A DNA stretch of 54,620 nt, filler included, from Basidiobolus ranarum (Eukaryota), in NCBI GenBank assembly GCA_040143965.1. It is 2 parts of 2 records of this genome, joined end to end, with 100 filler letters (N's around TTAATTAATTAA, not from the genome) between each part and the next. Parts side by side here need not be neighbours in the genome. Positions count along the whole stretch, not along the records: positions 27,416 to 54,620 come from JASJQH010007000.1; 1 more part is not named here. The stretch is one strand, 5' to 3'. Of the stretch, positions 37,558 through 50,212 are shown piece after piece (the first letter of the stretch is position 1; each line of letters begins with the position of its first letter). The notes beneath the pieces were generated by a model. The model saw only the letters and a program-made list of their open reading frames with translations, searched no databases and was not told where the DNA came from. A program made the position numbers and the translations under genes.

Positions 37558-37830
37558 TCACTGTTTTGAATACTACACTACCCACACAAAGATTTAGGTC
37601 AAGCATGTAAATCGTTCAGAGTATTATATGTTCAAGTGTTAGATTTGGATTTTATCCAATGAATGTTGGGTATTCCAAGAAACTACAAATCTTTGAAGTC
37701 ACAATCAACCCGTCGAAATTCCTATGAAATATTGCTAAGTTCTATGTCATCCAGAAAAAATTGTATTTTCTAAGGAATTCTTATCACTAACAATACTGTG
37801 TCAAATTCTTGTGTTTTGACTTGTTTGAAT

Positions 37831-39046
<1,216 letters not shown>

Positions 39047-39337
39047 AATCCTCTGCCAAAATTACATCAATAAATCCCATTTTTCAATTCATCTGATTCT
39101 AAATCTCCCATATATTTCGAAATTTCGTTCCCTGCAACGGGCACACATCTAGTTTCGAGATGTGTTGAGATTGTTCCTAGGACGCATAGGAGTGATAACC
39201 TATCGTGCTTGTTTCAAGCATGTCTCACGTGAACCGACTGTTAGTTATGGTTTCAACGCTTTGTATATATATTTGGGCGTAGTGAAGATTGAAGGTGTGC
39301 AGTCCAGGTATCCACCGATCTCCTCTCTTTAATTATA

Positions 39338-39859
39338 ATGAACCGATTAACTCTCTTCACTGGGTTATTAGTGGGATTAGCGCATCTGACTGGATACACC
39401 AATGGTCAATTTGTTAGTTCCGGTTTAACTGGTCCACCTCCGTTCAATTTTAATCCACCATTGGTATGTCCGGGGACATTACTCACCAATATCTCTTATA
39501 TTGACAATATGGGATGTGCGAGAATTCGACTATCGGATGATGGTTTATTTATACCTTGCTGCGAATTAAAAGAAAAATGTTATGCTACTTGTGGTATGAC
39601 TAAATTACTCTGCGAAGAACAATTTCGTCATTGTATGTATACTTTATGTCCAACATATTTCACCAGACATCCAGATGAGGGTTCCCCAGAAATGTGCGCC
39701 CAGTATTGGGGTAGAATGGGTGGTATCGGAGCCTACGTATGGAAATTATCTCAGGCAAAAGATTTCTCCTGCTCTGCCTTTGAATCAGCACAAATGAGGA
39801 GTCGTTGCAACGTGGAGTATACTACACCCTATGGTATCGCCAAAAGAAACGCATCGTAA
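39338..39859 (+). CDS. Secreted group XII phospholipase A2-like protein lacking the His-Asp dyad
   Basis: Signal peptide. PCCELKEKCYATCGMTKLLCEEQFRHCMYTLC follows the PLA2G12 cysteine pattern CCxxHDxCYxTCGxxKxxCDxxFxxCLxxxC. Confidence 0.7.
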   Translation: MNRLTLFTGLLVGLAHLTGYTNGQFVSSGLTGPPPFNFNPPLVCPGTLLTNISYIDNMGCARIRLSDDGLFIPCCELKEKCYATCGMTKLLCEEQFRHCMYTLCPTYFTRHPDEGSPEMCAQYWGRMGGIGAYVWKLSQAKDFSCSAFESAQMRSRCNVEYTTPYGIAKRNAS

Positions 39860-40210
39860 ATATTTAACTTTAAAATATCTTCTTGAACCTAACTAAAGAT
39901 ATGAACGTAGATTAAAATAAACTAAAGACACTTCAAATGATTATGCCAAACAAGTACGGTAATATCTACATGATTACCAGAGTACGACATTGAACCACAT
40001 ACACAATTCATTACACAATGACTGAGCGCTCGTTGGACAAGAATTGGTGATAGGAATGATCTTTATTAACGGGTTAAATTTACATGGTACAGTTAAACAT
40101 TCGAGATAATTTTAGAGAGCAAAAGTGGATTCTAATCGATAAGTTGTTTCATATAGGATAGTAAACATTAAGCATAGGATATATGGTAGCATCCAGCAGG
40201 ATGGGCTTGC

Positions 40211-40839
40211 TTACATTTCCCAGGCCTTCTTCTCTCTATAAGCGTCAGGAATTCTTCTAGGTGTCTCGTCCTTATTAACCATAGAGATACCTGCGGTAGC
40301 TGTTAAAGCGATAATGGTGATGGCCTGAGCGTACATTCTAGCTTGCACAAGTTTCTGGGAAAAGGTCATATACTTCTGACGGGATAAATAAAATCCAGAA
40401 ACAACCATGCCAGCAACCCAAGTAGCACCAATAATACCATAACGATGTTCGGCAACAAATTCAGACATTGAGGTAGTAGACTCGGAGTCCTCTTGAGGGA
40501 TGACAGTTCCATTGTTAGAAATAGCACCACGTCTTACATCGGCATCATAAGCCTGGTAAGCTCTCTCTCCATTGATAACGGCACCAGCAGCAACAGCTAA
40601 AGAACAATAAAGCGTAAATAAATAAACCTATAAAGCAATGCAATATCTTCCAAATGAGGCATACCTGATCCAACCCAGTAAGTCTTCAAAGGAACTGAGA
40701 GAGTTTGCAATTTAGGAGCGAATCTAGGACCTACTAAAAGACCGAGTCCACCGATGGCAAGACCTGCAAGACCACCCACTACGGCACCTTTTACTGCAGA
40801 ATCCTGATAACCGCTCAATTGTTGTTGACTTGGGGACAT
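40211..40839 (-). CDS. RCF2: HIG1-domain respiratory supercomplex factor, Rcf2-like; 2 exons
   Basis: N-terminal TM pair plus HRYGIIGATW and QKLVQARMYAQAIT. Intron at ~40597-40663. Confidence 0.88.
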
Positions 40840-42158
40840 TATGTAAGATGGGGAAGAAGTAACACAAATATGTAGATTAAATATTTTTTGATGTTTGGAA
40901 ATTCTGACCTGAATATTTATATTCTTCATCCCCGCAATATCCCGGCAAAAATTGCAGCCATGCCCGATTGCCTCCGAAACCGATTGATCCCCGCATGATG
41001 TCACATAGTCAATAATTTGTTGAGAGGTTCCTTACTAGATAAGTAGATCATTAGAGTTTGCATCGGAACTAACCGATATTTAGAAAGTCAACCGAAATTC
41101 TTTCACTTCATTGAGCCAACTTACCCCAGCAAGATTAATCGGAATTTTGTTCCATAACAAAGTATTTACAATACGAAGTGGTCCAGGTTCTGGCTTGAGG
41201 ATGCTTGTCCAATCAACCCGAAACATATGACGGATTTGAAGAAAATGGGTAAACCATTTAAGTGGGTGAAGGCCCAGACGATCATAGAGCGTGCAAACGG
41301 AAAAGAAACTCAGATCTTCCTTGATCATTGGCTGCTCATTTCCCAAACGATCATATCTGAATTTATCCGCGTGGTGGAAGACTCCGGTAGTGAGAATAAC
41401 ACCTGATTGATTAAGTTTCAAGGAAACGAGTATGGTAGCTGATAGTCAATAACTATTGAGAATCAATCAGAGGGTAGCTGACTGGTTACCCATTATTGGC
41501 TATCCATTGCCTTACTTTTGAGTAGATTCGGTACAAATTATCCGCTCTTGCTTAGTATTCTACAGGAGAATCGAATTTCTAGGAAAGTTGATTTTCAATG
41601 TGAGCACGTTTCCACATTTAGGATTATCTCAATAGAATCCACTAATTTTAGAATAGCACTAACTTACCACCTTTGCATGACTCAATCAATATAACAGCCT
41701 TCAATACCGTGAGATACGAGAGGTGCGCCGTTACAGATGAACTAGCTACTATAATGTAAATCAACAGCATTCTTTGAATCCATGTTCGGCCAATTGTGGG
41801 GTATGTGTTGTTCCCCACGCCAACTTGGTCTGTGAAATAAACTCATACTTGAAATAGCATTTTCAGAGCCTAGATCGAGCCCTGTAAAAGTCATGTTTAC
41901 ATTTCCATTTTAATCGAATTTAGCGTGAGTTGCATGATAGTAATTATGATGATGACTTTTGAAATAAGAATGCTCATTTATCTATACCATGGTAACGTAC
42001 TTTTTTCAATAACAAGATATGCTCTAAAGGATAGAATAAATTTAGGTAGATTTCAAAGTGGAAATTGCAAATGCATAGAGTGGTGTAATTGTGAGAGTGA
42101 ATGAAATTTCCTGGCGTTCGTATTGTTGGTAAGAATAGTCATGATATTACAACGGAAT

Positions 42159-44739
42159 CTATGAAGACATGACTCCCCATTTTCCAACCTCTTCCATAGC
42201 TTTATGGTCTCCTTTGATGAGTGTTTCATTTTCCAACATCTCACCAATACATAACCAGGGGTCTCTACCTCCACCCCAACTGAGAACCTCGTTTTTGAAT
42301 CTCTCACCACTCTCTCTTGCAAGTGGATCCGACTCAAATGAGCCTTTCCACATGCGTTGAGCTAAGGCCCTTCCAAATAGATAACTGTAATAACCTGCAC
42401 CATATCCAAAGAGATGCCCAAATTGCACTTGCCAATGGGTCTTTGGTACATATGGCATCAATGCAACATTATTCTGCAAAGCCGCATAGATATTACTAGA
42501 GAATCCATGATTGGCGTGGGACAAATCTCCGTGGTATTCTTGATCCAACATTGCCATAAGAATTTGTGCTTGTGTTTCAACCGAAGAGAATACAGAGCGG
42601 CTTTTGAGGTGTGCTTGGAGTAGACTTTCAGGTAATGGTTTTCGGGTTTCGTGATGCTTGGCAAATAATGAAAGGACCTGAGGATTGGTGGCGAAATGTT
42701 CCATAATAATGGAAGGAAGCTCTACAAAATCTATAGGGCATCTAGTACCTAAAGTTTTAATAATGGTTTAGTTACAGTTGCTAATAAATAGTTCTTAAAG
42801 TATAATTCTTTACCTGCAACATTGTGGAATTCTGTTCTTCCTAACATGGCTAATGAAGAAGTAGTGTAAGTTAGGGTTGACATTAGTTCGTGAGTAAATT
42901 TTTACTTACAATGCATAGCGTGTCCCATTTCGTGAAACAAAGTTTCTAATTCGGACAGGGTTAACAGGCTAGGATGTGATTTACCTCGTGGCTGGGTGAA
43001 ATTACACACCAAAACAACCATTGGTAATTGATACTTTCCAGGTCTACCTTTAACCGAAACGCCCACATTTTCTAGATCCATAGCTCCAGGCACCACTTCA
43101 TCATCATCAATTCGGCGTGAACATCTTACAGTGTAATGTGCAGCATTGATCTGTTTTCCGGGTCTAGAGTAAAGATCGCAGTATATTGTGCCACATTTAT
43201 CACCATCTTCGTTTATTACTTCCAGTTTACGTACTCCGTCATGCCATACTTCGCCTGGTTGAATCGTTCCAGGAACAAACTTAACGCCATACAAACGGCT
43301 AAATAATTGTGAAAGACCATCCATAGCCGATCCTACCGACAGATAGGGTGATATAGGTGAAGAAGGGCGAGTAGCAATAGCAGAGCTTACTAATTCCATA
43401 TAGTAATCTCTATCCCATGCTTGTAGACTGGGCAAATCTTTCGATTTTGTATTTCTCTGTTTAGCCTTCTGTAAAATCGTCAAGTCCGTTCGATATTTTG
43501 GGAATTGTGAATCTACTATAGTACTTAAGAAAGTTTTGACGTTTTCTATAAAAATAATGGATGAGCTGTTTTGAACTCGTTAAAACTTATTCAAATGATG
43601 GTTACCTGGATTTTTAACCATTTTATCAGCTAAAAACATATGTCCATAGCTCTCCTTACTAAGTAATTTCGCCAAATTATCTCTCGTTACCAATAACTCC
43701 TCCAACACGTTGATCTGGTCGTCAGTGGCTGAGTTTGCTCCAATGTACATCTCTTTTCGGATATTTTCGTCATGTACAGTTCGTAATACTGCATGAGCTT
43801 CCCAAGGGGAGGTGGGGATGACTGCGACATTTCCACGGGTGAAGGCTCTGATATATGAAGGATTCATTCCACTTAATCTAGACGGAGGAGTTACCTCGAT
43901 ATGATTTATGCGTGGCTCTGTATTTTGAGTGAACTGGCGTCCAAGGGAGATGATTTTATCAGATAGTGTTACGAATTGGTCTCGTTGTTTTCTAGAGAGA
44001 TGAATACCAGATTTCTCAAAATCTCTTAAAAATATCTCTGCCACTTGTCGTTCTTCTTGGGAAAAGTCTGCTGTGATGGTTGGTGTAGCTAAAACCTTTT
44101 TTAAAGACTAAGAGTATACTGTTAGAAAGTAGTTTGATTATGCCTAGTAAAGCGTGAACTTACTTCATACAAGCCAACATGTGTATTTAGGGTATTCATA
44201 TAGGAACACATCATGGAATAAGCTTCATTACTTTTCTCCATAACCTCTTCACTTGGATGAGTGGTACGAACAAATTCCGCCAAGTCAATAACTGAGCATA
44301 AAACATCACTAAGCTGATCCAATAGTTTAACCACACGACGTAACTCGAATGGCGTTTCGGCTGTACAAATCTTATCTACCAAGGTTTGAGCTTTTCTTAG
44401 TGCTCTTTCTGCACTAATTCTAAAGCCTTCTGGATTGTTTAAAGAAGGTATTTGAAATAAACCAGTTTTTAAAGGATAGGAGTGAGAATTCAACCATTTT
44501 TGAGGGCCATTGTGCTGAGCTTGACGCCAAAAGTCCATATCGTCAAATAGCTGACGTAAAGCTTCGTCACTTTGCGTTTGCTGAGTAGAGTCTAGTGCAT
44601 TAATGACATGGGGAGAAGCAAAGTGTGAAGTGGTAGATAGTGGGCGAGTCAAAAGCTTCCATTTACTAGGTACTTGACGAAATGACACTTGTCTGGTTAC
44701 GGAGGAAGGCAATTTCCGACTCAAGCCTAGTTTCAACAT
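42159..44739 (-). CDS. OCT1: Mitochondrial intermediate peptidase (M3A); 5 exons
   Basis: LDQLSDVLCSVIDLAEFVR, DFEKSGIHL, LFHEMGHAMH (HExxH), FGHLFGYGAGYYSY and GGGRDPW; N-terminal presequence. Confidence 0.96.
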
Positions 44740-45234
44740 AGCGTATTTACAAAATATCTCTTTTTAAATAGACGTAAGAGTTACTTTATCTATATTGTAA
44801 AATAGATAGTAGTTGCGATTGTCAAGGTAATTGTCGTTAATGAGAGTTAGTTCACTACTAAAATCAAGTTGAAGAGCAGTGATGACTTTCATTCATGTTA
44901 AGATAATTTTAAATGAATACCAAAATTTTTATCGTTCAATATTTGATTCGAATTCGATTTAAGAATAGTCCAACTAGGTTTGGAAATTTTTGAAATGCTT
45001 TACCTTCTCCACCTTGATATAACGTCAGTGACTTGATTAGAGAACCTATATAATTCGATCGTATATGGGCATACGAATTGTCGATTTCGAGAATTCTGTT
45101 CAACCATATTCATATGTCAGAAGTAGAAAACGTAGTTTAACGAAAGAACTCTTAACTATAATTTTTAATTAAATCAAGTTTATTCCGCACGAGTTAAAGA
45201 TGTGATTGAATTTACGAATTTTTGTCAAAATCTA

Positions 45235-45873
45235 CTAGGAAGCTTGACAGACAGTAGGTAGTTGGCTAACGAAAGGCCATTCTCCAATATCAGGGTGCTG
45301 AGGTAAATATTTGTTATACATAGTCAACCAGCCTTGACCACAGTTGGATGCGCAAGTTTCTTTTGTAGGCATTGGGGGAGTCATGCTACCAGGATCAGTC
45401 GTGGGATTGGATTGAAGTTGTAGCTGACCTTCCTCTACAGAGCAGTACTGATTACTGGAAGGATCTTTCAAACACAACATATCTCGAGCGGGAACATAAT
45501 CTCGAATTAGAGCGGTTGCTGCTTGGACATAAGGATTTTGGGCATCTTCTCCTTGACAGCTAGCTTGAATATCATTTTGGAGTTGGGAAAGAAAATCTGG
45601 TGTGCATACTGGAGCATTACATATATCGTCCACTACCTCAGACATTTGCTGTTGTGATGCTCCGGGGTTTTGTCGAATTTGTTTTAATAAAGGTACTACC
45701 TTGCTTGCAGCTAGACATCCTTGATCCTGATTTGATAGCATAACACCAAGGCCTACCTGAAGGCACTTGAATGATGGCAAAGGAATATTTCCATTCGAGG
45801 GCGGGTTTATTGGGGCAGCACTGGCCAGAGTAAGAGATGAGGTTATAATAGAAGTTAAAGTAAAGAATCTCAT
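45235..45873 (-). CDS. Small secreted cysteine-rich protein (212 aa, 10 Cys), function unknown
   Basis: Clear signal peptide MRFFTLTSIITSSLTLASA-AP, paired Cys motifs including LCLKD..QYC, upstream TATAAA. Confidence 0.8.
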   Translation of the reverse strand: MRFFTLTSIITSSLTLASAAPINPPSNGNIPLPSFKCLQVGLGVMLSNQDQGCLAASKVVPLLKQIRQNPGASQQQMSEVVDDICNAPVCTPDFLSQLQNDIQASCQGEDAQNPYVQAATALIRDYVPARDMLCLKDPSSNQYCSVEEGQLQLQSNPTTDPGSMTPPMPTKETCASNCGQGWLTMYNKYLPQHPDIGEWPFVSQLPTVCQAS

Positions 45874-47625
45874 GGTTATGTTGGGGTTATGTTAAGAGTT
45901 ATATTGACTATTTTGTGCAGCTTTCCTCTGGAAGCATACTCAGGTTTATATAGCTATTTTTGTTTCATGCATATATTCTTACTTGAACACTCACGTATTC
46001 AGTCAACATGACGTATCTTTGAAATATTATTCAAGCAAATGGGACAGGCATCTGGATATCTGTATTTTTCTTTCCATCTTACCTGGTTCCAATGAGTGTT
46101 AGGGTTCAACTGAACCTGCGAATGTATGCTATGTATTATGTTATGCGCCAATAAAGTACCCAAAATACATGAAACACCTTGATTCATCTTGGGGTACATT
46201 CATTCATTGATACATTTCTTACTATGAAGTTCGATACATCTGTGGGTACTTTTCTCATTTTCCGAATTGTTGGCGGTAAGCATTCTTTCGGTTCCACACT
46301 CTACTTGGTGAAGCTAGAAGCAATCCGGAAATTGCACTTACTGTGACAACTGTTTCAACGTGCCGGCACCTGATAAAAAAGATTGTAGCCGCATAGTTCG
46401 TTAGTCTTTCTACACCAAGTATTTACTTTTTTGTTTGCGATAGTTGACACTTAAATATATGTAACCAAGTGAATAACTCCTACTACAGCAGTTCAATACT
46501 CCTTGAGGGAATGTAATCCCAGTAGCCAAGTCTGATGAAAGTGTATCAGGTCCACTGTTTCAAGTTGTACTTGCACAACTTCTTGAAGTAGTGCTAACAA
46601 CGAGCCTTCATCCAATATCCCATAACACGCTACTTCTAACTAGATTAGTGTTAAATTAAATCATCTCCTAACCAAACTCTTATGAGATTATCTAGCGCTA
46701 GTAACACATCCAGTACCTGTATTGAACAAATTTTATACATTTTATATCAAGATTAGTTTAACTTCCGTCTTTTGAACTGTAGGTACGAATAATTGTTACA
46801 GGATCAGGAAAAGTAATCCGCCGCTCGCACAGTACCTTCTGGATAGACTACAGACAGATATAGTAAATCTTCTAACGATGGAGTACATACGTATCTCACA
46901 ATTCTGTATGATACATATTATTTATGTATGATGACTATTTTGTCAGAAGCTGAAAATTTGTTAAACATTCAACAGCCCTACTGTCATCTTCAATACAAGA
47001 ATATTCTTGGCACCGGAGGGGTTGTGTGCGGCACTAGAGAAACCTAAAAATATAGCCTTGGCAACTAAATGTTTAGCCATAACTGAGATAATGGAATTCG
47101 GCAATTAGGCGATTACTAGATGTGTGCAGTCACGTTTGAAAATCCTGAAACATAGGTTTGAAGTCGGGATACCACGTGAGTTAGGCTTATCAATTAGTTA
47201 TTGTCAAAGGAGAAATCCATGGTAGAATGTAAACTAGTCAATAGAGCAACGAGGGCTCGAATCATAAATTTATTAATATACTTCTCAATATGAGCCATAA
47301 TAAATTGGTCATAAGGGATTTAGCCGACAAAAGTTAACATGTGCGTATACCTCGTACATGCCTTGCATTCAAATCAAACGAATTGTTCAAAATCGACGAA
47401 TCATTGTTTTCCTTACGCTCTTAATTAGGAAGGCTTGTCTTCATGAAACTTTACGTAGCTACTTAAGCGCACCATCAGCCCAGAAGAAGGTTTAGTATCT
47501 TTTTGTTATATCCCTTCTAACCTAAATAGAACCCCTTACTGGTATCGAAAGTAACTTGACTCTATTAACTTTGATCTTCACCTTCTCTCTACATCGCTTC
47601 CTAGTAACTTGTGAATTTAAATATA

Positions 47626-48762
47626 ATGGAACAGAAGTATCGTTATGTTAGAGAACTTGGTAAAGGTGCATACGGCTTGGTACGATTGGCAAAATGCCTT
47701 ACTACAGGGGAAGAAGTTGCCGTAAAGAAAGTAACCAAAATCTTTGAGAAGAAGCTCTTAGCTAAACGAGCATTGAGAGAGTTAAAACTACTGCGACATT
47801 TCAACGGTCACGAGAACATTATATCTGTGTATAATATGGAGCTGTTAGACCCTACAAAATTTCAGGAAATCTATCTGATCCAGGAGTTAATGGAAGCTGA
47901 CTTGCATCAAATCATCCGTTCTAAGCAAGCACTGACGAATTCGCATTACCAGTACTTCATATACCAAATATGTCGTGGGTTAAAGTATATTCATTCGGCT
48001 AATGTCCTACATAGAGATTTAAAGCCCGGCAACTTATTGGTAAATCGTGACTGTGAGTTGAAGATTTGTGATTTTGGATTAGCTAGAGGGTTTGTCGATG
48101 CCACTAAAAATGATACTGGCTTCATGACAGAATATGTAGCAACCCGTTACTACAGGGCTCCTGAAATCATGCTATCAAATCAATCATACACCAAAGCCAT
48201 CGACCTATGGTCAGTGGGTTGCATCCTTGCTGAACTTCTAGGTGGCAGGCCACTATTTAAGGGTAGAGATTATGTAGATCAGCTAAACCAGATCCTTGGC
48301 ATTTTGGGAACTCCAGAAGACGAAGTTTTAGAAGGGATGGGAAGTGAAAGGGCAAGGATGTATATCCGTAGTCTGCCTAAGATGACTCGCATTCCATTTA
48401 CCCAATTATACCCTAATGCCACTCCTATGGCACTAGATCTCTTGGGAAAATTCCTTGAATTTGATCCTAAAAAGCGAATTACCGTAGAGGAAGCACTGGC
48501 ACACCCGTACCTTAAGGCATATCATAACCCCGATAATGAGCCCGTACATGATCAGGAATTCGACTTTTCATTTGAAACGGTTGAGGACATGTCGAGTATA
48601 CGAGAGTTAATTGTTGTAGAAGTGGATTCATTTAAATCGAATTTAACCAACATTGAGAGTAGTCAGCTATCTCCAAATGAAGAGAGCTTTGCAGATGACC
48701 CTATCTTTATGAGAAGTAAGAAAAGCGACTCGTTTGCTCAACAGGTTCCTTCCCATGCATGA
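47626..48762 (+). CDS. MPK1: MAP kinase, Slt2/Mpk1 (cell-wall-integrity) type, intronless
   Basis: GKGAYG, LAKRALRELKLLRHF, HRDLKPGNLLVN, DCELKICDFGLARG, FMTEYVATR (TEY) and GRDYVDQLNQIL. Confidence 0.92.
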   Translation: MEQKYRYVRELGKGAYGLVRLAKCLTTGEEVAVKKVTKIFEKKLLAKRALRELKLLRHFNGHENIISVYNMELLDPTKFQEIYLIQELMEADLHQIIRSKQALTNSHYQYFIYQICRGLKYIHSANVLHRDLKPGNLLVNRDCELKICDFGLARGFVDATKNDTGFMTEYVATRYYRAPEIMLSNQSYTKAIDLWSVGCILAELLGGRPLFKGRDYVDQLNQILGILGTPEDEVLEGMGSERARMYIRSLPKMTRIPFTQLYPNATPMALDLLGKFLEFDPKKRITVEEALAHPYLKAYHNPDNEPVHDQEFDFSFETVEDMSSIRELIVVEVDSFKSNLTNIESSQLSPNEESFADDPIFMRSKKSDSFAQQVPSHA

Positions 48763-50212
48763 TTTTATCGTATTCTCAACGTTCGTTATTTAGTTTCATA
48801 GAGATTCCTTAATTCTTAACGTTACCAGTTACTTGTAGAACTTCTTCAAGAGCTTGTATGTGTAACACGCAGCTATAGATTTGCTTATGTATTCCAAAGT
48901 AGAAACTGCAATAATAATAAAGCCCTCAATTTATTATAAGAGCTACTAACATTCTAAGTGTAGGCTTGAGTTTGTTTTGCACAATTGACCCTGCAGTGGT
49001 ATTCAACTAAGTTTTAGTAATGCTCAGTGTTCTATTGTCTTGAAATAAATCGGCGCAAAACATTCACAGAAACGATTTGAGGTAGTTCAAAGCCCAAGCA
49101 TAGTTTAGTTGTTCAATACGCACATGAAGTACTACCTCCAGCATACTCTCGATAGCCGTCTAATGCGAACTGATACAATTTAAGCATGATTAAGATTCTA
49201 TTCTAATAATGTTGGTAACACCGTAGTACGAGATTTCTATCAGGATTTCTCTTCAAGAGCATCATGAAAGCATGAGGACAATAAAATGCCAAATTCAGTA
49301 AATGGGGGGCGGGTGAATACATGGAAAGTGGATAGTCTTGACATAGAAAACGAATTGGTGGATATTTCATGAATTTCACAATAAGCTCTATCCGATATGG
49401 AGTTAAAGTATTTCTAATAAAGGCATAAATACAACATCATCATGCTCTACACCAAAACCTTTAATGACAAAGATGGTAGCACCGATTCTGGAACTACTGA
49501 ATAAATCATCAGTTGGCATCTGTTACCACTTTTGGCACGACGCATGCTGTCCATCTATACTAAACACAGATATTTCACCTCATCTGCTCGCACTCAAATT
49601 TTGACAAGTATGGGGAGAATGCCAAGCGAAGTAAGTAATCACCAATGTATGCCTAAACTTACTCTTGAGCACACTCTTCTGATAACTAACCCTAGTCTTC
49701 ATTGTCTCTATCGCACTGGTTGAATTCTACTGACCGATCGAGTGATGCCTGGGTAAATTTTGTTATGGCTAGTATTTGAGTCAAGTCTATGTAATCTTCA
49801 TTTATCGTCAATATCTAGCAATTTTTGGATTAAATTAGAAGCGAGACGGACCATGTGGAAGCAAGAGCAAGTGATTCTTTGTTCTCATCATGTAACCAAT
49901 CGATAGATTATTCATCAGGTTGTACAATATTCAATGCATAAACCAAAAGAGTTAAATAACTCGTATAAACTTCCGATCACCGATTTACCATGTGGAGGCA
50001 ATGTTAATACCATGATTAGGAAATTAGTGCCACCCACACTAAGAAAAATTTCAATGTGATATAAACGATTTGTGTAGAGAAATAGTACGCATTCAAACAG
50101 GAATAACTTGTGAACATTCGCACTCATTGTGGGAGAAAACTGTATAAATACTAAGCAAACGTTCTTCGAAAAGACAACGCAACACGCATTCCATCTTCTT
50201 CAATTATCAAAG

